From: Lama guanicoe
Lineage: Eukaryota
Length of the DNA: 64,000 nucleotides
NCBI GenBank assembly: GCA_013239625.1
Contig: MU054212.1
Span: forward strand, 5,926,270 to 5,990,269
Direction of reading: 5' to 3'
Part shown: in pieces, positions 36,223 through 49,769 of the stretch
Position numbering within the stretch: position 1 is the first letter of the stretch
How the letters are laid out: every line of letters begins with the position of its first letter
Notes under the pieces: generated by a model
Told to the model about the DNA's origin: nothing
Database searches by the model: none
What the model saw: the letters and a program-made list of their open reading frames with translations, nothing else
Position numbers and translations under genes: made by a program

Positions 36223-37848
36223 TCATCTACTTTACTGATATTTTTTAAGAGAGAAAATTTGCAAATAGAATTCAACAAATTTATTCTGGGCACCTACCAT
36301 GTACCTCCTTGATACGCAAAACTGAAAAACTATAAAATTCTAAGATGCTCCTGGCCTACTAGGCACTCACTCATCAAATGAACAAATACATGATATTCCT
36401 GGAAGTGTTTTTACTAGTAGTTTTTCTGATGTATACCAAGGGAACAGGAATGACTCCTGAATGGGAAACCATTTCTATTAAACCAACTAAGAACTAACAG
36501 AACTAAGCTGTTTCACCTCCTCATCTCATGAAATACAAACCAACAAATATTGAGGTTTCTCATTGCAAGTCTTTTGAGCTCAGTGACCATGCTTCCATAG
36601 ATACAGTCCGCTCTCCACATCCACGAGGTTGGCTGAAATGTGTGACGCAGAACCCACACATACGGGGCGGGCGGCGGGGTGGTCGCCTGGAAGGGACTTG
36701 GGCATCCTCAGATTTTGGTACTCTCCGGGGGCAGGGGGAATGGTCCTCAAACCAATTCCCTTCGGATGCCGAGGGATGACTGTTAAACACTCAGTTCCTC
36801 TCCCCAGGAGCCTCTCTCCTTTCCTCCTGCTACATTCTGTATTCTGTAAGGTTTCACAGCCACCTCTCTTCCTGTCCCCTTCCCTCATCCTAACTAGGCA
36901 GGAACCTCAGTGGCTTCCACTAAGCTCTGAGGCATGCTAGAGAGAAGTATTTCAAAATGCAAATGCCTTCACAGAGTGAACTAGGGGAAAAGCCTGCCAT
37001 CTTCTAACGTCTGCCTGTTCGCCTGACAATGTTTGCTGTCTTTTATAACCAGATAACCCCACCTTTAGTGTGACAGATATGCAAAGTAACTCATCTTTGA
37101 AAAGTAAGGAATAGTCTAGGAACTTGCAGAGAAATGGTAAATCAAATGCAAGATCCATCAGTCAATGTAAGTACAGACTATCATGACTCGGCTGACAAAA
37201 ATAGAATCTACCACTGTAATCAAACAAAATTCACACAAATAAATCCAATGCATTTAACGGTATGCATGATTACTCAAATGATAGTGATTAGGCTAAATAA
37301 TAAGCAGTTCATATAAGTAACTGAAGTTGGTATTCTTATGTACGTTAAACTAATTTTGGGGGCCTTTTTTTGCAGGTTTATAGCTTCAACAGCTGTCATC
37401 ACCATTCCTGTCAGCAGTTTTCTTCAGTATCATTTGCAATTTAATTTTCATCTTGAACACACATGTGCTGGCAAATTAAGAAGCAGGCTTTACATCTTCC
37501 TCCTCAACGGACAGGGCCTCCCTTGTCCATCACTTACAATCCCTGATGCCCGAGGCACCCAAAGTTCACCTCCCTCCCTACTGTCCCCCCATTCACATTC
37601 CTCAGAGACCCTTAGTAGCTTTCCTATGTGCTTATCACCCTTTGTTCTGCAATCTTAGTATCGTACTGGGTGAAGGCCAAAGATGACCCAGTGGCATGAC
37701 ATTGTCACGCCAGGGTAATAGAACATCACTGTTTGGTGGGGCAGTGAAGGGGTGGGGGACAGGCATCACCACTGCTGGGAACAGTAAGAGTGTGATCAGG
37801 AAGAGAGAGAGAGTAAGAAAAATAAACACTAGTGAGTGGAGGTGGGGG

Positions 37849-40800
37849 TGGGATGAGTAAAACAACTTTTGTTTTTCTGAAAGACACCCACTTATTTCTG
37901 AGTTTCTGCCTATGCATTTTACCATGTGATAACTCTGCTCACACCCAGAGTCTAGACATTCAGATAAAGACTTGGGTTCAGGGATTCGTGCCATAAGGTC
38001 TTGCTCTGCCTTTCCCGGGGAAATGTTTATTAAAATAATCACTCAGAGCTAAGCCCATAAAAAGTTAGTGACCTCTGCCTCAACCACCTTACAAGCAAGC
38101 AATAGGTGCTTGCCGTCCCACTTGCCATATCCTGCGCCCCTGTGACCTGGGACGGAGGACTGCCCTTCCCCTGACCCCCTCTGGGATCTATGAGTAAATC
38201 TTGTGACTCTACTTCCTTTGCGTGAGTGTGCTGAAATTACACCTTCCATCAAAACGGCCCCCAGGGCTCCACTTCCCCAAAGTGGGAGCTTGGAAGCTGA
38301 GGGAGCTCCCTGCCGACCCTGTGTGGGTGACTAGTGCCCTTTCATTCTGCAGGTCATAACCTGCATGTTCTAAATTCAATGCACCAGCTCCATACAATGG
38401 GTGATGAGGAGGATGGGATGGTGGGTGCAGTGTGCACCTCGTTACAATGCCCTGGAGCTGCGAATGGCTAACTTCCTCCTTCAGATAGCTGGGTCTCTTT
38501 GGGAAGGACCCACTGCTTGCAGGTGGTGGGCGCAACTGCTCTGTGCTGCTGTGCTTTGCCGCTGCCAGGCTCTGCCGCGAATCCCCACCCTAAATTCTTG
38601 GTGCCATAAAAGGTCAGACTCCCCTGCAGAGACTGGCCAGCAGAACCCCATCTGAAGTAGCTATGTTTCCCATTATTCTCTCAACAAGGTCTCCCTGCCT
38701 TGGTGTCGGATCTGGAGGTGATGGGCTGTAATCATGTATGAAAGTCTGGGTGCTGAGCCAAGGTGAGCTAACCTGGACGGTGGGGCTCTGTCTCCTTCCC
38801 CCAGGCAGGGCCAGGGGCGCGAGCTATGAGGTCCTGGGAGCCAAGGAGAGCACCAGCGAGGGTGGCCGGCTGCTGCTGGGCCCGCTGAGTTGGGTGGGGG
38901 CCGGGTGCTGAGCTTGGAGAGCTGACCTACATGGTGAGAAGGCAGCTCTACCAAGACCAGTGTGGCACCTGGGAGGCAAACACTGAGAGGGCAAGTGCAT
39001 CATGTGTTGCTGAAAGTGGGACCCCAAACACATGGTACCAGCTCCTCCCAAGTCCCCAGAGGAGGTGGAAAAGCTACTGGAAGCTTGTAAGACTTCTGCC
39101 CCCGGCTCAGGCACTACTGAGCTCGGAGACACATCCACATGCCAGATCATGAATGCTACGTTCTTGGAGCTTGGGGGCTGTCCCAAACAATCCACTAACG
39201 CTGCACCGATGGATGTGGACCCTGACCCATCAGAGGCCAGCTGGGATGCCCTGGAGTGGGAGACGGCAGCATACAAGTCAGGGAAGCAGCAGCCTCTGTC
39301 TTGTTACTACCCATTGTACCAAAGCATCCAACAATGACCATGCCACGACAGAAGTGCAAGGTTTTCTAGACAAATTCATCCAAAAGGAGAGGGAAAAGGG
39401 TGCTAACTGGCTCTTAGGGGTCTTTGGAACTGGTTCCCAGCATTGCTTACAGAGGTCGGGATGCGTCAGCAGGCAACACTGGCTAATTTGTTAAAAACCC
39501 CAAGGTATCAAGGACCCATTTGATCAGACATCCTGGAGGAGCCCCAGACTTGTCACCGTAACAAGGGTGGTTCTGCATACACGGAGCCACCAGGGCAGGA
39601 GACAAAATGAAAAAGGGCTGGGCTCTGAGGAAGAGACTCCTCCAAGCCCCCTGAGCCCACAAGGACAGAAGGAAGGAGCCCAACCTCCCTCACCAGGAGA
39701 CCAGCAAGCTCTTGGTACTGGCAGCTCCGGGGATCAGCACCCCTGATGACAGTCTCCAGACAGCTGAACACACGTTAGAAGCCTTTGCTCAGGCCCTGCG
39801 GGCTCTTCAGGAAGACTGTGGTTCCTTCCCAAAGGGGAGATGCTCCAGCCGCGGCAACAGAGTCTGGGATCCCGCACCCTGACCTCTGGGAGGGATAGCT
39901 GCCACGCCCCTGCCCCCGGGACCCAGCAGTCACCCGAGCTTGTCCCTCCTCCGGGAGACAACCGCCTGTTCACCTAATTATCCATTGGGACACACATAAT
40001 AGATGACCTTTTACTGCTCTGACACTGGAGCCCAGATTACAGTGCTTCTCCAGAACCCCTCCAAACATAAGTGAAGGACACCCTAGAAATCGCAAGGCCT
40101 AAGAGCCAGGAGAGCAGAAGACACTCGGCTTCCACTGGACGGCACTATCGGAATAATCTTTCTTGAAAACCTTTGGCCCTACCCCTTCCTGGCACGGGAT
40201 GGATACGCTGACCACATGGAGGATATGACCCACATGTGACCGCACGAAGCACAGCCCCAGTGGTCTTGGGTCTTGCAGATCAGCCATCTGGGGGTAACCT
40301 CAACTTCTTCCAGCTTCTCTGATCAAGCTCCAGGCCCCAGGGGCCGCCACACACATGCAGTTCTCCACACTGCACTCCTCCTCCTCCCTCTCCAAGTCTC
40401 TGACTCTGTGCGGCCCCAAGTCCTGTCTGTCCACACTAATGCACTTCAGTCTCCCTGGGACCACCATCACATCACTGAACAGGGCCCCCAAACCATCTCT
40501 CTTTCTGCCCCCGTCCATCAAAAGCATGCAGTGTCCACCCCCATTATACTGCGAGTAGGTCTGCGACTATCCTCACGGGGAAGGAGGTGCCTCAAGAAGC
40601 CACCACACCGGGCATGAAAGAACAGACACTAAGGCAGACTCTAACCTGTGAGCCACCTGGCCAAGCACACCGGGCTGTCAGACCAAAGCGCAGCCTTAAT
40701 GCAGCAGCACCGTGACTCTGTAGCAGACAGCCTGCATAACCATGTAGCTCTAGGTTACTCACTGGCCCAGGAAGGAGGTGTATGTGCTGTAAGGGGCACT

Positions 40801-41685
40801 TACCTACTGCGTGGATATTAATAATCCTGGACAAATTCAGACATACTCACAAAAGATGGCCCAACAGTACTGATATCCCACAACCTCACCCAAGTTTTTA
40901 ATCAAATACTGACCTTGACCTTATCCAAGCCCTGTGGTTTATTTTCTTGGCTACTCCCACTAATGGGGCAGACAGTTACAGACATGACAGGATTTCAAAC
41001 TGTCATTTGTCTGCTGATATTACTAATGGCATTTTTGCTTTGCTCAAATGCTTCATGTGCTGGCTGACCAAAAACCCCACCAGTGGCTTTTCGTATCTCC
41101 ATTGTCCAGACAGTGCCTCCGACCTGCCCTGAAGATTAATGCTGAGGCATTACGGAATCTACTGTGACGAGAAAAACAACTTTTGTTTTTCTGAGTTGCT
41201 GCCCAGACTTTTCACCGTGTGATAACCCTGCTCACACCCAGGGTCTGGACATTTAGATAAGGGCTCGAGCTTAGGCTTCTCACCATAAATTCGCACTTTA
41301 CTTTTCTAGAGGCACCTTTTAAAATAAGCACTTACACTAAAGCCCCAGAAAAGTTAGTGACCTCCACCCCAACCACCCTGTAAGTCATAGGCGCTTGCTG
41401 CCCTGCTCTCCATCTCCTGGGATGGAAGACTGCCCTTCCCACCAGCTCTTTGCCGCCACCCCCCCCAACCAGTTTCTGGGATCTGTCAGTAATAAATCTT
41501 ATGAGTCTCCTTCCTTCGTGTGGGTGTATTGAAACTGCACCTTCCATCAAAACATCCCTATGGGCTCCACTTTCCAAAAGTGGGGCTCAGATGCTGGGAG
41601 AGCGACCTGCCAACCTTGTGTGGGTGGCTCCTCATTCAACAGGTCGTAACCTGCATATTCTTAATTTAATACACCAGCTTGAGCT
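37849..41685 (+). mobile_element. Internally deleted class III (ERVL-like) provirus with two LTRs
   Basis: Diverged direct repeats at ~37849-38396 and ~41163-41685; PBS-like tgggtgatgaggaggatgggat at 38398-38419; protease remnant with DTG at 40021. Confidence 0.8.
39965..40071 (+). pseudogene. Retroviral aspartyl protease remnant
   Basis: PVHLIIHWDTHNR*PFTA / DTGAQITVLLQNPSKH, with one stop and one frameshift. Resembles the ERVL protease pattern VHW...TF..LLDTG...T.IP..P..H. Confidence 0.7.
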
Positions 41686-44600
41686 ACTCAGCACATGGTA
41701 TTAGACAGGAAACTTACTCCCTTGCATAGGAAGTGAAGGGAGGACGTATGGCCAGGAAGAGGCACAGAGTAGATAAGCCAGTGGTAACATGGTTTCCAAA
41801 CTATCCTCAGTGGAAAGAAGCTCTCAAGGTGAGCCTGTGGTCGGGAGAGGGAGGAGGTAGGGTCCCCCCACTGCACCCACTAAGGCTACTCTCATCTTCT
41901 TTACATACCAGGTGTCCCCACCAGGTTTCGCTCGCTCAAGAAAGCATGCCAGAGCTCTAAAGCCAGGAGAGGCTGCATCCTGCTCTAGTCATAAAGACGT
42001 AAAGCAACCAGCCAGGCCAGCAGCCCCCTATACCTGGCCGGCTGCGATTTCAAGGGCAACTGAAGAGCAAGGACCCAGCGAGCTCCTCAGAGGGCACCCC
42101 ACCTTCACCCGGTGCTGCGCCTGAGGTTTTCCAGGGGGCACCCGGGCTCTGTTTCCCCAGTTAGAGATGAAAAGGTCGAAAAATACGTCTATTGGCTGAA
42201 GTCTATTTATCCAGGGGTGTAATCAATCAGCATCCAAATGTAAACAATGTAATTTATCAAATCCGTATTTTTCATTATTTGGAAGGTGGGATGGGGCTTA
42301 GAAAAGAAAGAGCAAGAGAAGTGGGCACCTGGAGAGAGGAGGGGCTGCCACTTCACCAAAGGGAAAGTGGAGGAAGACAGTCAATGGTGAGCTACCTCTC
42401 GGTCTCGGCAACAGAGCCAGGGAACCAGCTACTTCTGTTCGTGTCAGAGGGACAAATCAGCAGCACCACGGACCATGTGGGACATTCACCATAATTTCCT
42501 AACCCTGATCGGGTGAGACCTGCAACCACGCCTCCTGCTTTGGGAAGCAGGACCTGATCACAACATATCATGTGACGTGATTCAGGACACGATTTTTTTC
42601 TATTAAAATATAATCCTCCAAATAACAAACACTCAATACATGTGAATTACCTACATTTACGTTTCTTCTTACATTTCAAGTAAAATGTAACCAAGACCTC
42701 TTATCTCCAGCCAAAGGGTTGTTGTCTTTATAAATCAACACGTTTCAGCATCTCCTTCCCTCAGCTTGGGGCTCACCTCCATGTTCTGGCATCTAAGGCT
42801 GAGTTCTGGAGGCTCGGGCTCTTGTTTCTGTTTTACCCGCAGGGTTTCCAGTGTTCACAGCCCAAAGACCTGACGGCACTGTCAGAGGAAGACTGGAATT
42901 CCCTCTAGAACTATCCCACCACGTGAATTCCTTTCCAAAGTCAGAAAACGATTTTTACGGTCAGGTAGCACGTTTCCTGCCCCACCCTCTGGGCTGCCGA
43001 CCCGCCGAGGGCGGCTCGGAGGCTGAAACAGTACTGGGGCCACCTCACTCATGGCCCCTTGGAAGGCGACACTAGAAACTGCCCACTTCCAGTGCTTGCT
43101 TTAGGCTTCTCAGCTTCTGGAACTTTATAACGTCTACGTACACAAATGATGTCTTACTCAACTACTCTTGAAGTGACCACATCGGAGTAGTCTAACCAGA
43201 GTGGTTTTATTCACACACCCCCAGTGCCGAGTGCAACGCCCGGACATGGGGTGGGTGGGTGAATGGACGAGCCGACAGCAGAGCTAGCCGCGGCCAATCC
43301 CGTCTCACCTCCCTGCGTCCTTCCTCCCTGCGGTTCCACTCCTTGGCTCCATCAGGGGCTAAAATATGCCTTGAAGACATCTGTACAAAAGCTGTCCCAC
43401 ACGTAGACAACCCAAAGTGATAGCCTCCTGACAGCCAAGTTCTGATCACCCAGTCCTGGTCACAACACACGGTCCTGACACCCGGTGTCCTCCCCTCTCG
43501 CTCTTCTCTCCTGCTTTACTCTGAATGACTGCCCGTAACCTCCAGTTAACACCCTTTGCCATCCGTTCCCAGCTGTGCCTTGTCATGCCCCCAGTGAGCA
43601 TCTGGTCCATCCCTGGAGGCCTCACACCATTCATCACTCTCTTCCAAACTGCTCTCTAGTCCCTGACTATGGATAAGCTGACGACCTCCTTTGATGTCAT
43701 AGTCCACCACCACTCTTACCGAATTTCCTCCATTCTGAGATACCTGTCACTCACGTTTTAGCATTCTGACACAGGGACATACCCGATAGTGTGTCAGTGT
43801 GTGTGCATTTAATGTGCTGCTTCTTTCTTACTGCCCGAAAGCCATTATGAAATGAGTGATGTGCCTTGTCGAGAAAATATGGTATGTCACATACTCCTCT
43901 AGCCTTTTCAAATATGTTTCCTGGAACCATTCAATTGCCAAGAAGTTTCCATATACTGTAGCTCAACGTCTTTTCTAGAATATCACCTCCACTTCTCAAC
44001 TTAAGTAAGACACTGTTTTTCCTTTCAAACTGTACTAAGTATCTGCTTTCTGAGGTCTACAGTCCTAGGGACAGGCGTAAGATACTCTGCAGACTCATGC
44101 CTACACCCCACAAAAAATCCTTATTTCCTTCTTTCATCAATCTACATCTTGGGAAGTTTATGACTTTTAGCCAAACCACCTTTCAATATCCAGCCACATT
44201 CACTGACAGGAGCCCTCCCATCCCTGTACACCACCCTTGTCACACCCAGCTCTGTATTCACCCTCTGAGCATCACTGTCACCTAGAAATGACGGGCAGGG
44301 CCAGAGCTGAAAGCCAGCCAGCTTTGGCTTTGATCTCTCTGCTGTACTGCCATTTCTCCTGTCCACCTGGTCTCCTAACTAAGCAGTTGGCTGACTTGGG
44401 TGGAGTGGCTAAGAATCACCAGGCCTGCCTGCTGAGCACGGAGGCCGCTGACCCACTCTCAGGGCTCCTGTGTCAGCAGATGGGCATGGGCACCCAGCTT
44501 TATCTGAGCGCACTTCAGGGGCTTGAAGTGCCCACCGCTGAGTCCTGCCTCCCAGAAAAAGAAGCCAAAACCCACTCTCCCAATCCCTCCGGCAGACAGA

Positions 44601-44985
44601 AGCAGCCAGGTGACCAGAGGCACCAGCAGGAGATCCTGAGGCAGACGTGAAGAACACGAGGACATGGGCACTTCATGAAACTATCCTTCAGTGAAAGTGG
44701 AGGCAGATGCTTCTGGCTTTAGGGGCCCCGGAGTGGCGCCTCTGGTCCCCAGACCTGACTGAGCACTGCTGGGGGGGTCTGCAAGCTCTGCCTAGCAGCA
44801 GCAGGAGATACTTCAGAGTGGCCTGGGCCTTGCTCTGGCTGCTCAGCCTCTGAGCCTAACTCTGTGTCACCCAGGTGTTCTGGGGCCTGATACCTTTTCA
44901 TGAACTCCCTTTCCTCTTAAAGCTGATCATCTCTGGACCACTCAGAGAAACACAGCTCCACAAGTTTCACCCAGTTACAGCATCT

Positions 44986-45337
44986 TGTGATGGACTGAAT
45001 GTTTGTTCCTCCCCCTCAACTCCCCAAGTTCATATGTTGAAATCCTAACCATGAACATGGTGGTGTTAGGAGGTAGAGCCTCTGGGGAGTGACTGCATCA
45101 TGAGGATGAAGCCCTCACAAATGAGATTAGTGCCCTTAAAGAAGAGACCCCAGAGAGCTGCCTCGCCCCTTCCTCCATGGCCATCTATGAACCGGGAATC
45201 GGACCCTCACGAGACACCAAGCCTGAGCGACCCTGATCTTAGACTTCCAGCCTCCAGGACTGTGGGCATTAATATTTGCCGTTTAAGCCTTCCAGTCTGG
45301 GAGATTTTTGCTTCACGAGCCCAAATGGACTAAGACA
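44986..45337 (+). mobile_element. MLT1A-like LTR
   Basis: Starts tgtgatggactgaatgtttg, contains ttcatatgttgaaatcctaacc, ends ggactaagaca. Confidence 0.85.
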
Positions 45338-45689
45338 CACCAATACACTCATAGACACTGTTATTTCTCCTCCCCTTCCGACCTGCCACACGTGCTTTTC
45401 CATGCTCAACTTCTCCACCCAAAAATTACCACTGAAGAAAATCACATAAACACACAGATGAATCCCATCATTTAGATGACAATACCCAATTTATTGCCTT
45501 AAACATAATAACTTTTCAACAGAAACAAGTGTCACATTATTTGTACATTTTGAACCCCCCTCCCCCGGCCAGGGACTGGGGGAAGGAGGGTGCTCTTGGC
45601 TAACCAGTTAGTCAGCACCGTTTCCTTTATGATTAACTGACTCCACACTACATTCCTTACAACAACTTTTTTAATATTTACTCCTCTCT

Positions 45690-47150
45690 TTCAAGCTGCT
45701 CCATCCTTCTTGGCTACCCCCTCCTACGTATGGCCTCCTACTTTATTAGGAACATAGAAGCGACAGGCCTGGAACCCCAGCACTTCCTCCCCCTCTGCCC
45801 TTCATCACTGCCTCCAGAATCCAGGCTCCCTGGGTACCCCTCCCCCTTTACTTCCCATCTCATCTGTCCACGGTTTCTTTCGTAATGCCTAAAACTCACT
45901 GAAGTCCATCTCTTCCCAAAACCCCACCTCCTCCAGAGCCCTTCCCCCTAGTCTCCTTCGCTTTCCCACCAAACCTCTTTGTTTTAAGCCAATTAGTTTT
46001 GACATACTTCTGAGTCACTTCTCAAGCGGTACACTTTGCTTCTCACCTCACACTGCACTGAAACGCTGCTGGCTGTGTCCCCATGAGTCTTCCACCAGGC
46101 CCAATTCAATGGCCTTCCACAGCTCCTCATTCTACCCGCTTGGAGGTAGGTGACAAGGTGGAACCCTCTCCCTCTCCCTGTTGGCCTCTGGGACACCTTC
46201 TCTGACCCCTCTATGTCCCTGGCCGTTTTCCCTTCTTTGCAGACCACCCTTCGCCCCTTGGGTGCTGATGGCCTCCAGAGACCCACTCTGAGCCTTCCTC
46301 CAGTCTCACGTCCGCTCACTTCCAGCCCCGATCTCTCTGATGAAGTTCAGAGCCCACATGAACTCTCCTGAGCTGTAAACGGACAGGCCCAACACCGCAT
46401 CATTAACTTCCCCATTCTCCCAGTGCGATGCGGGCGCATCCTGCAATTCTTGTTTTGGTTAATGGCCACCAAGCCAGAAACCTGGAGAGTAACCCTGATC
46501 CCTCAGTAGGGACCACATCCGGCCAGACGCCCTGCACTTCCTTCCGGCACCGCCTCCTGTCGACACCACGGCCGCGCACGTGCCCTGGTCACTCCTCCCA
46601 TCCCCGCAGGGAGCCCCTCGTGGCCCTTCCAGATCCCGGTACCTCCCCATTCCCATTTATTTTCAACTTCTCACCATACTCATCTTTCAGAAGTACCATC
46701 CTGCTCACACCTCACGCCTGCCTAAAGCGGATGAGTGCTACATTCCCTAAAGTTTCCGTTTGTTTCCGCTTTAACCCTTTCTGCCCCTAGACCCTTGGAA
46801 AACCATGCGCCCTCACCTCAGCCCTCTGCAGTCACGCTCAGGGGCTCCGCTCCCTCTGATGCCCATCTCATGGATGCCCAGGGATTATGGAACCTGGGCA
46901 GCCCTCAGAGTGGCGAGTCCTTCACACAAGGCCCTCTCCTCCCTGTCCAGCCGCGCCCCGCACACGCCCCTCCGCGCACCCAGCCCAGTCACAGCGAACC
47001 CTCTCCATTCTCAGAACACGCGCTCTGTTCTCACGCTGCCCGCTCAGCTACCTACTGAACGAACCTGCAAGACCCAGTTTTAAAGTCCACTCCCTCTGAC
47101 GTCTCTCGTTCCTTCCAGGATGAACGGCTGTCTCACGTCCGGCACATCAC
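45690..47150 (+). mobile_element. L2-like fragment with CpG-rich 3' half
   Basis: cactgcactgaaacgctgctgg...caggcccaattcaatggcc and caagccagaaacctggagagtaaccctgat resemble L2 motifs. Confidence 0.55.
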
Positions 47151-49239
47151 AAGCCCTTCTGTGCGCGCGCTGCCGGCTCCAGCACAGGCAGGGGCACACT
47201 CGGCGGCGCTCCTCCCCCGCCTCCTTCTTCCATTCATGTATCAATACATTTATGCATTAAGTGCTTACCATCTGCCACATAATGAGCTAGACAACAGTTT
47301 GTTACGTTAAGCATTATCTGAGGTTCTCCGAAGGTTACTTCCTTATCTTTTCTCTCTTTGCTGATTTTCACTTGAACTTATTAAACTCATCTTGAAGAGT
47401 CCTTGTTGCTTTTGTTACATTCCCAGGGCTAGCAACCATAGAAACTATCAGGGTTAAACCAAAAAGGGAACTATTCCAAAAACACTAAGGACAAAGTAAA
47501 TAAAAGCCACTGCAAACGCATTCTATTTGAATGAGAATTAGGAAATCTACAGGTAAGTCTACCTTCATTTTAATACAAAGTGCACAACCGACATTTTCCA
47601 TCTCTAACCTCACCCAGAAAAATCAAAACATCCATGCTAAGCACTTACTATTTTTCAGCTCTAGATAAAGTGAATTGTTAGCACGGAGCATCTCACATAA
47701 ATTGAGGAAAGCTGAAAGTGGATTTGCCCTCTGGAGAAGCTATAAATACTAACAGTAGCAAAGAAGTGTTCACTTACATTGAATAAATAACATTTAAAAT
47801 AGATTTTACAGGGTAATTAATTGAATGTGAAACATTGCTGAAATCCATGAAATCAATTTTATCTGAATTCCAACTGGGAAAGTGCAAACTTTATGGTGAT
47901 CCAGTGCCAGTAAAAATCAAAGAGAAGTTACAGCTAGATAATCAAACACCAATTTTAAGGCTTAGCTTCACTTTCGGTGATTATAGGAAAACTCAGTACC
48001 ATTCACCCTTGAATGGTTTTCAACTAAGTACATCATCTTCTTACATAGACTTTCCTTAACTATGATTTGGGGAGGCATTGTATTCAATTACTTTATGTGA
48101 TACTACAGTAAGATTTTTACACTTAGGTATTTTATTACGCTGTTCTCGATCATCAAAACGGGAAATAATCTGTTAATTAAAAACACATTAAGGATGCATA
48201 GCTAAGTAAAAAATGCCTTAACTCCACACATTTCTCCTAGGTTCCTCGCTCCCTTGATCACTGTAAAACCTGGCCCCATCACTCAAAGAGACGAGGAAAA
48301 AGAAAGGGGGTATCCAATTAACGTCTATCAAGCTTCAAATGCTGCGCTGCTTTTGACCCTCCCAACACTGTAATGTCGACATTAGAATTCCAGCTTCTAC
48401 ACATAGGTAAACCGAGGCTCTGCTTTGCAGAGGTCACATACTTAGGGAAGGGGCTCTCCAGGATGGCTCATGCAAGGCAGAGGCTGTCTCTCTATACCCA
48501 CGGCCTCTTCCTAAGGAGTTATCTGTGCATGGCCATATTTTCTATCACATAACTCCACTGCTCTGGCCACAGCTAACTGGACAAGAGACTGGTGCTGGAC
48601 GCAAAGCCAGCAGAACCAGGAGAAGACCTTTCGTGAAAAGGTGGTTGACCAAACCGGTAGGATCCCCCCTTGCAGAAGAATGTGAGACTTCGGGGGAAGC
48701 AGAGAGGAGCAGGAGCACTAAGATATTCAGTGAAAGGCAATGAGTGGCAGCCACAACACGGCCCTTCCAGCCCTTGATGGGAGCACTTATGAACCGGGGG
48801 CCTGGCGGGAAGATGCTATGAAACAGAGTTTAATTAGTACCCATAAAGCACTAATTAGGAAAATGGCAACTAAACCAAGAACAGAAAGATTTCCTTAAAC
48901 TATAAGCCCTCGCATATGCAAATTATGAAAATGAAATTATTGTAATCAATATTTCAGCAGAACATGACCCAGTGGTTTCAGTACTGCACAGACGAAAACA
49001 TTCATTTTTTAGAAAACCAAGACTGTGATAACAAAGTAATGACAAACAGCCACAAAAGCCATGGCTTCATTCTCTTATTACAGGACAGCAAGAAGATAAC
49101 AATAGTACAAGCAGCTGAGAATTTTGTTTTAAATACCCAGGCCCCACATCCAACTGTGAAAATCAGAAACTTAGGAGTTGGGCCCAAGAATTATAAAGAC
49201 CCTCCCACCCCCAGGCGGCCACGGTGCGGCTAAGTTCTG

Positions 49240-49412
49240 CTCTGGATCAGTGGGTCTGGGGCCCAGGGATCACCAGCACCAACATGATCTCGGGACCTGT
49301 TGGAAATAAAAATTCTCAGGCCCCGCTCCAGGTCTACTGAATCTGAAACTCTGGGGGTGGGGCAGAGCAATCTGTTTTATAAGATTGCCTAAGTGATTCT
49401 GGTGTACCCTAA
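49240..49412. mobile_element. MER5A-like DNA transposon
   Basis: aaattctcaggccccgctccaggtctactgaatctgaaactctgggggtgggg...aatctgttttataag...gtgattctg. Confidence 0.8.
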
Positions 49413-49769
49413 TGTAAAGGTGAATTTACTTTTTATTGTAGATATATAGTATCTATCAACATAAGCTGAAAAAAATCCTACCAAAGTGACAGGCAAAGGC
49501 TAACTTCCACAATAAAGAAAAGTTATGAAAAGACATAAAAAACACACTTAGGTACTGAGGAACATTAAAGCACATGGATAAATGAGCAATTCAAAAATGT
49601 CTATTTGAATGTTTAATTATATAAAAATCAAGATACTACATGTACAAAGTAGGCTTAAAATTGGGAGAGGGGGACACATACAATGAAAAAAAAGCAAAAG
49701 AATAGCCATGTGGCTTCTGAGTGATTATAGAGTTTTTTTTTTAATGATAATGTATGACCTTCATAATTT

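Noticed and set aside
38673..39973. Several 70-150 aa ORFs in the provirus as a possible domesticated gag
   Set aside because: Reading frames are fragmented by stops and frameshifts, and the protease is broken.
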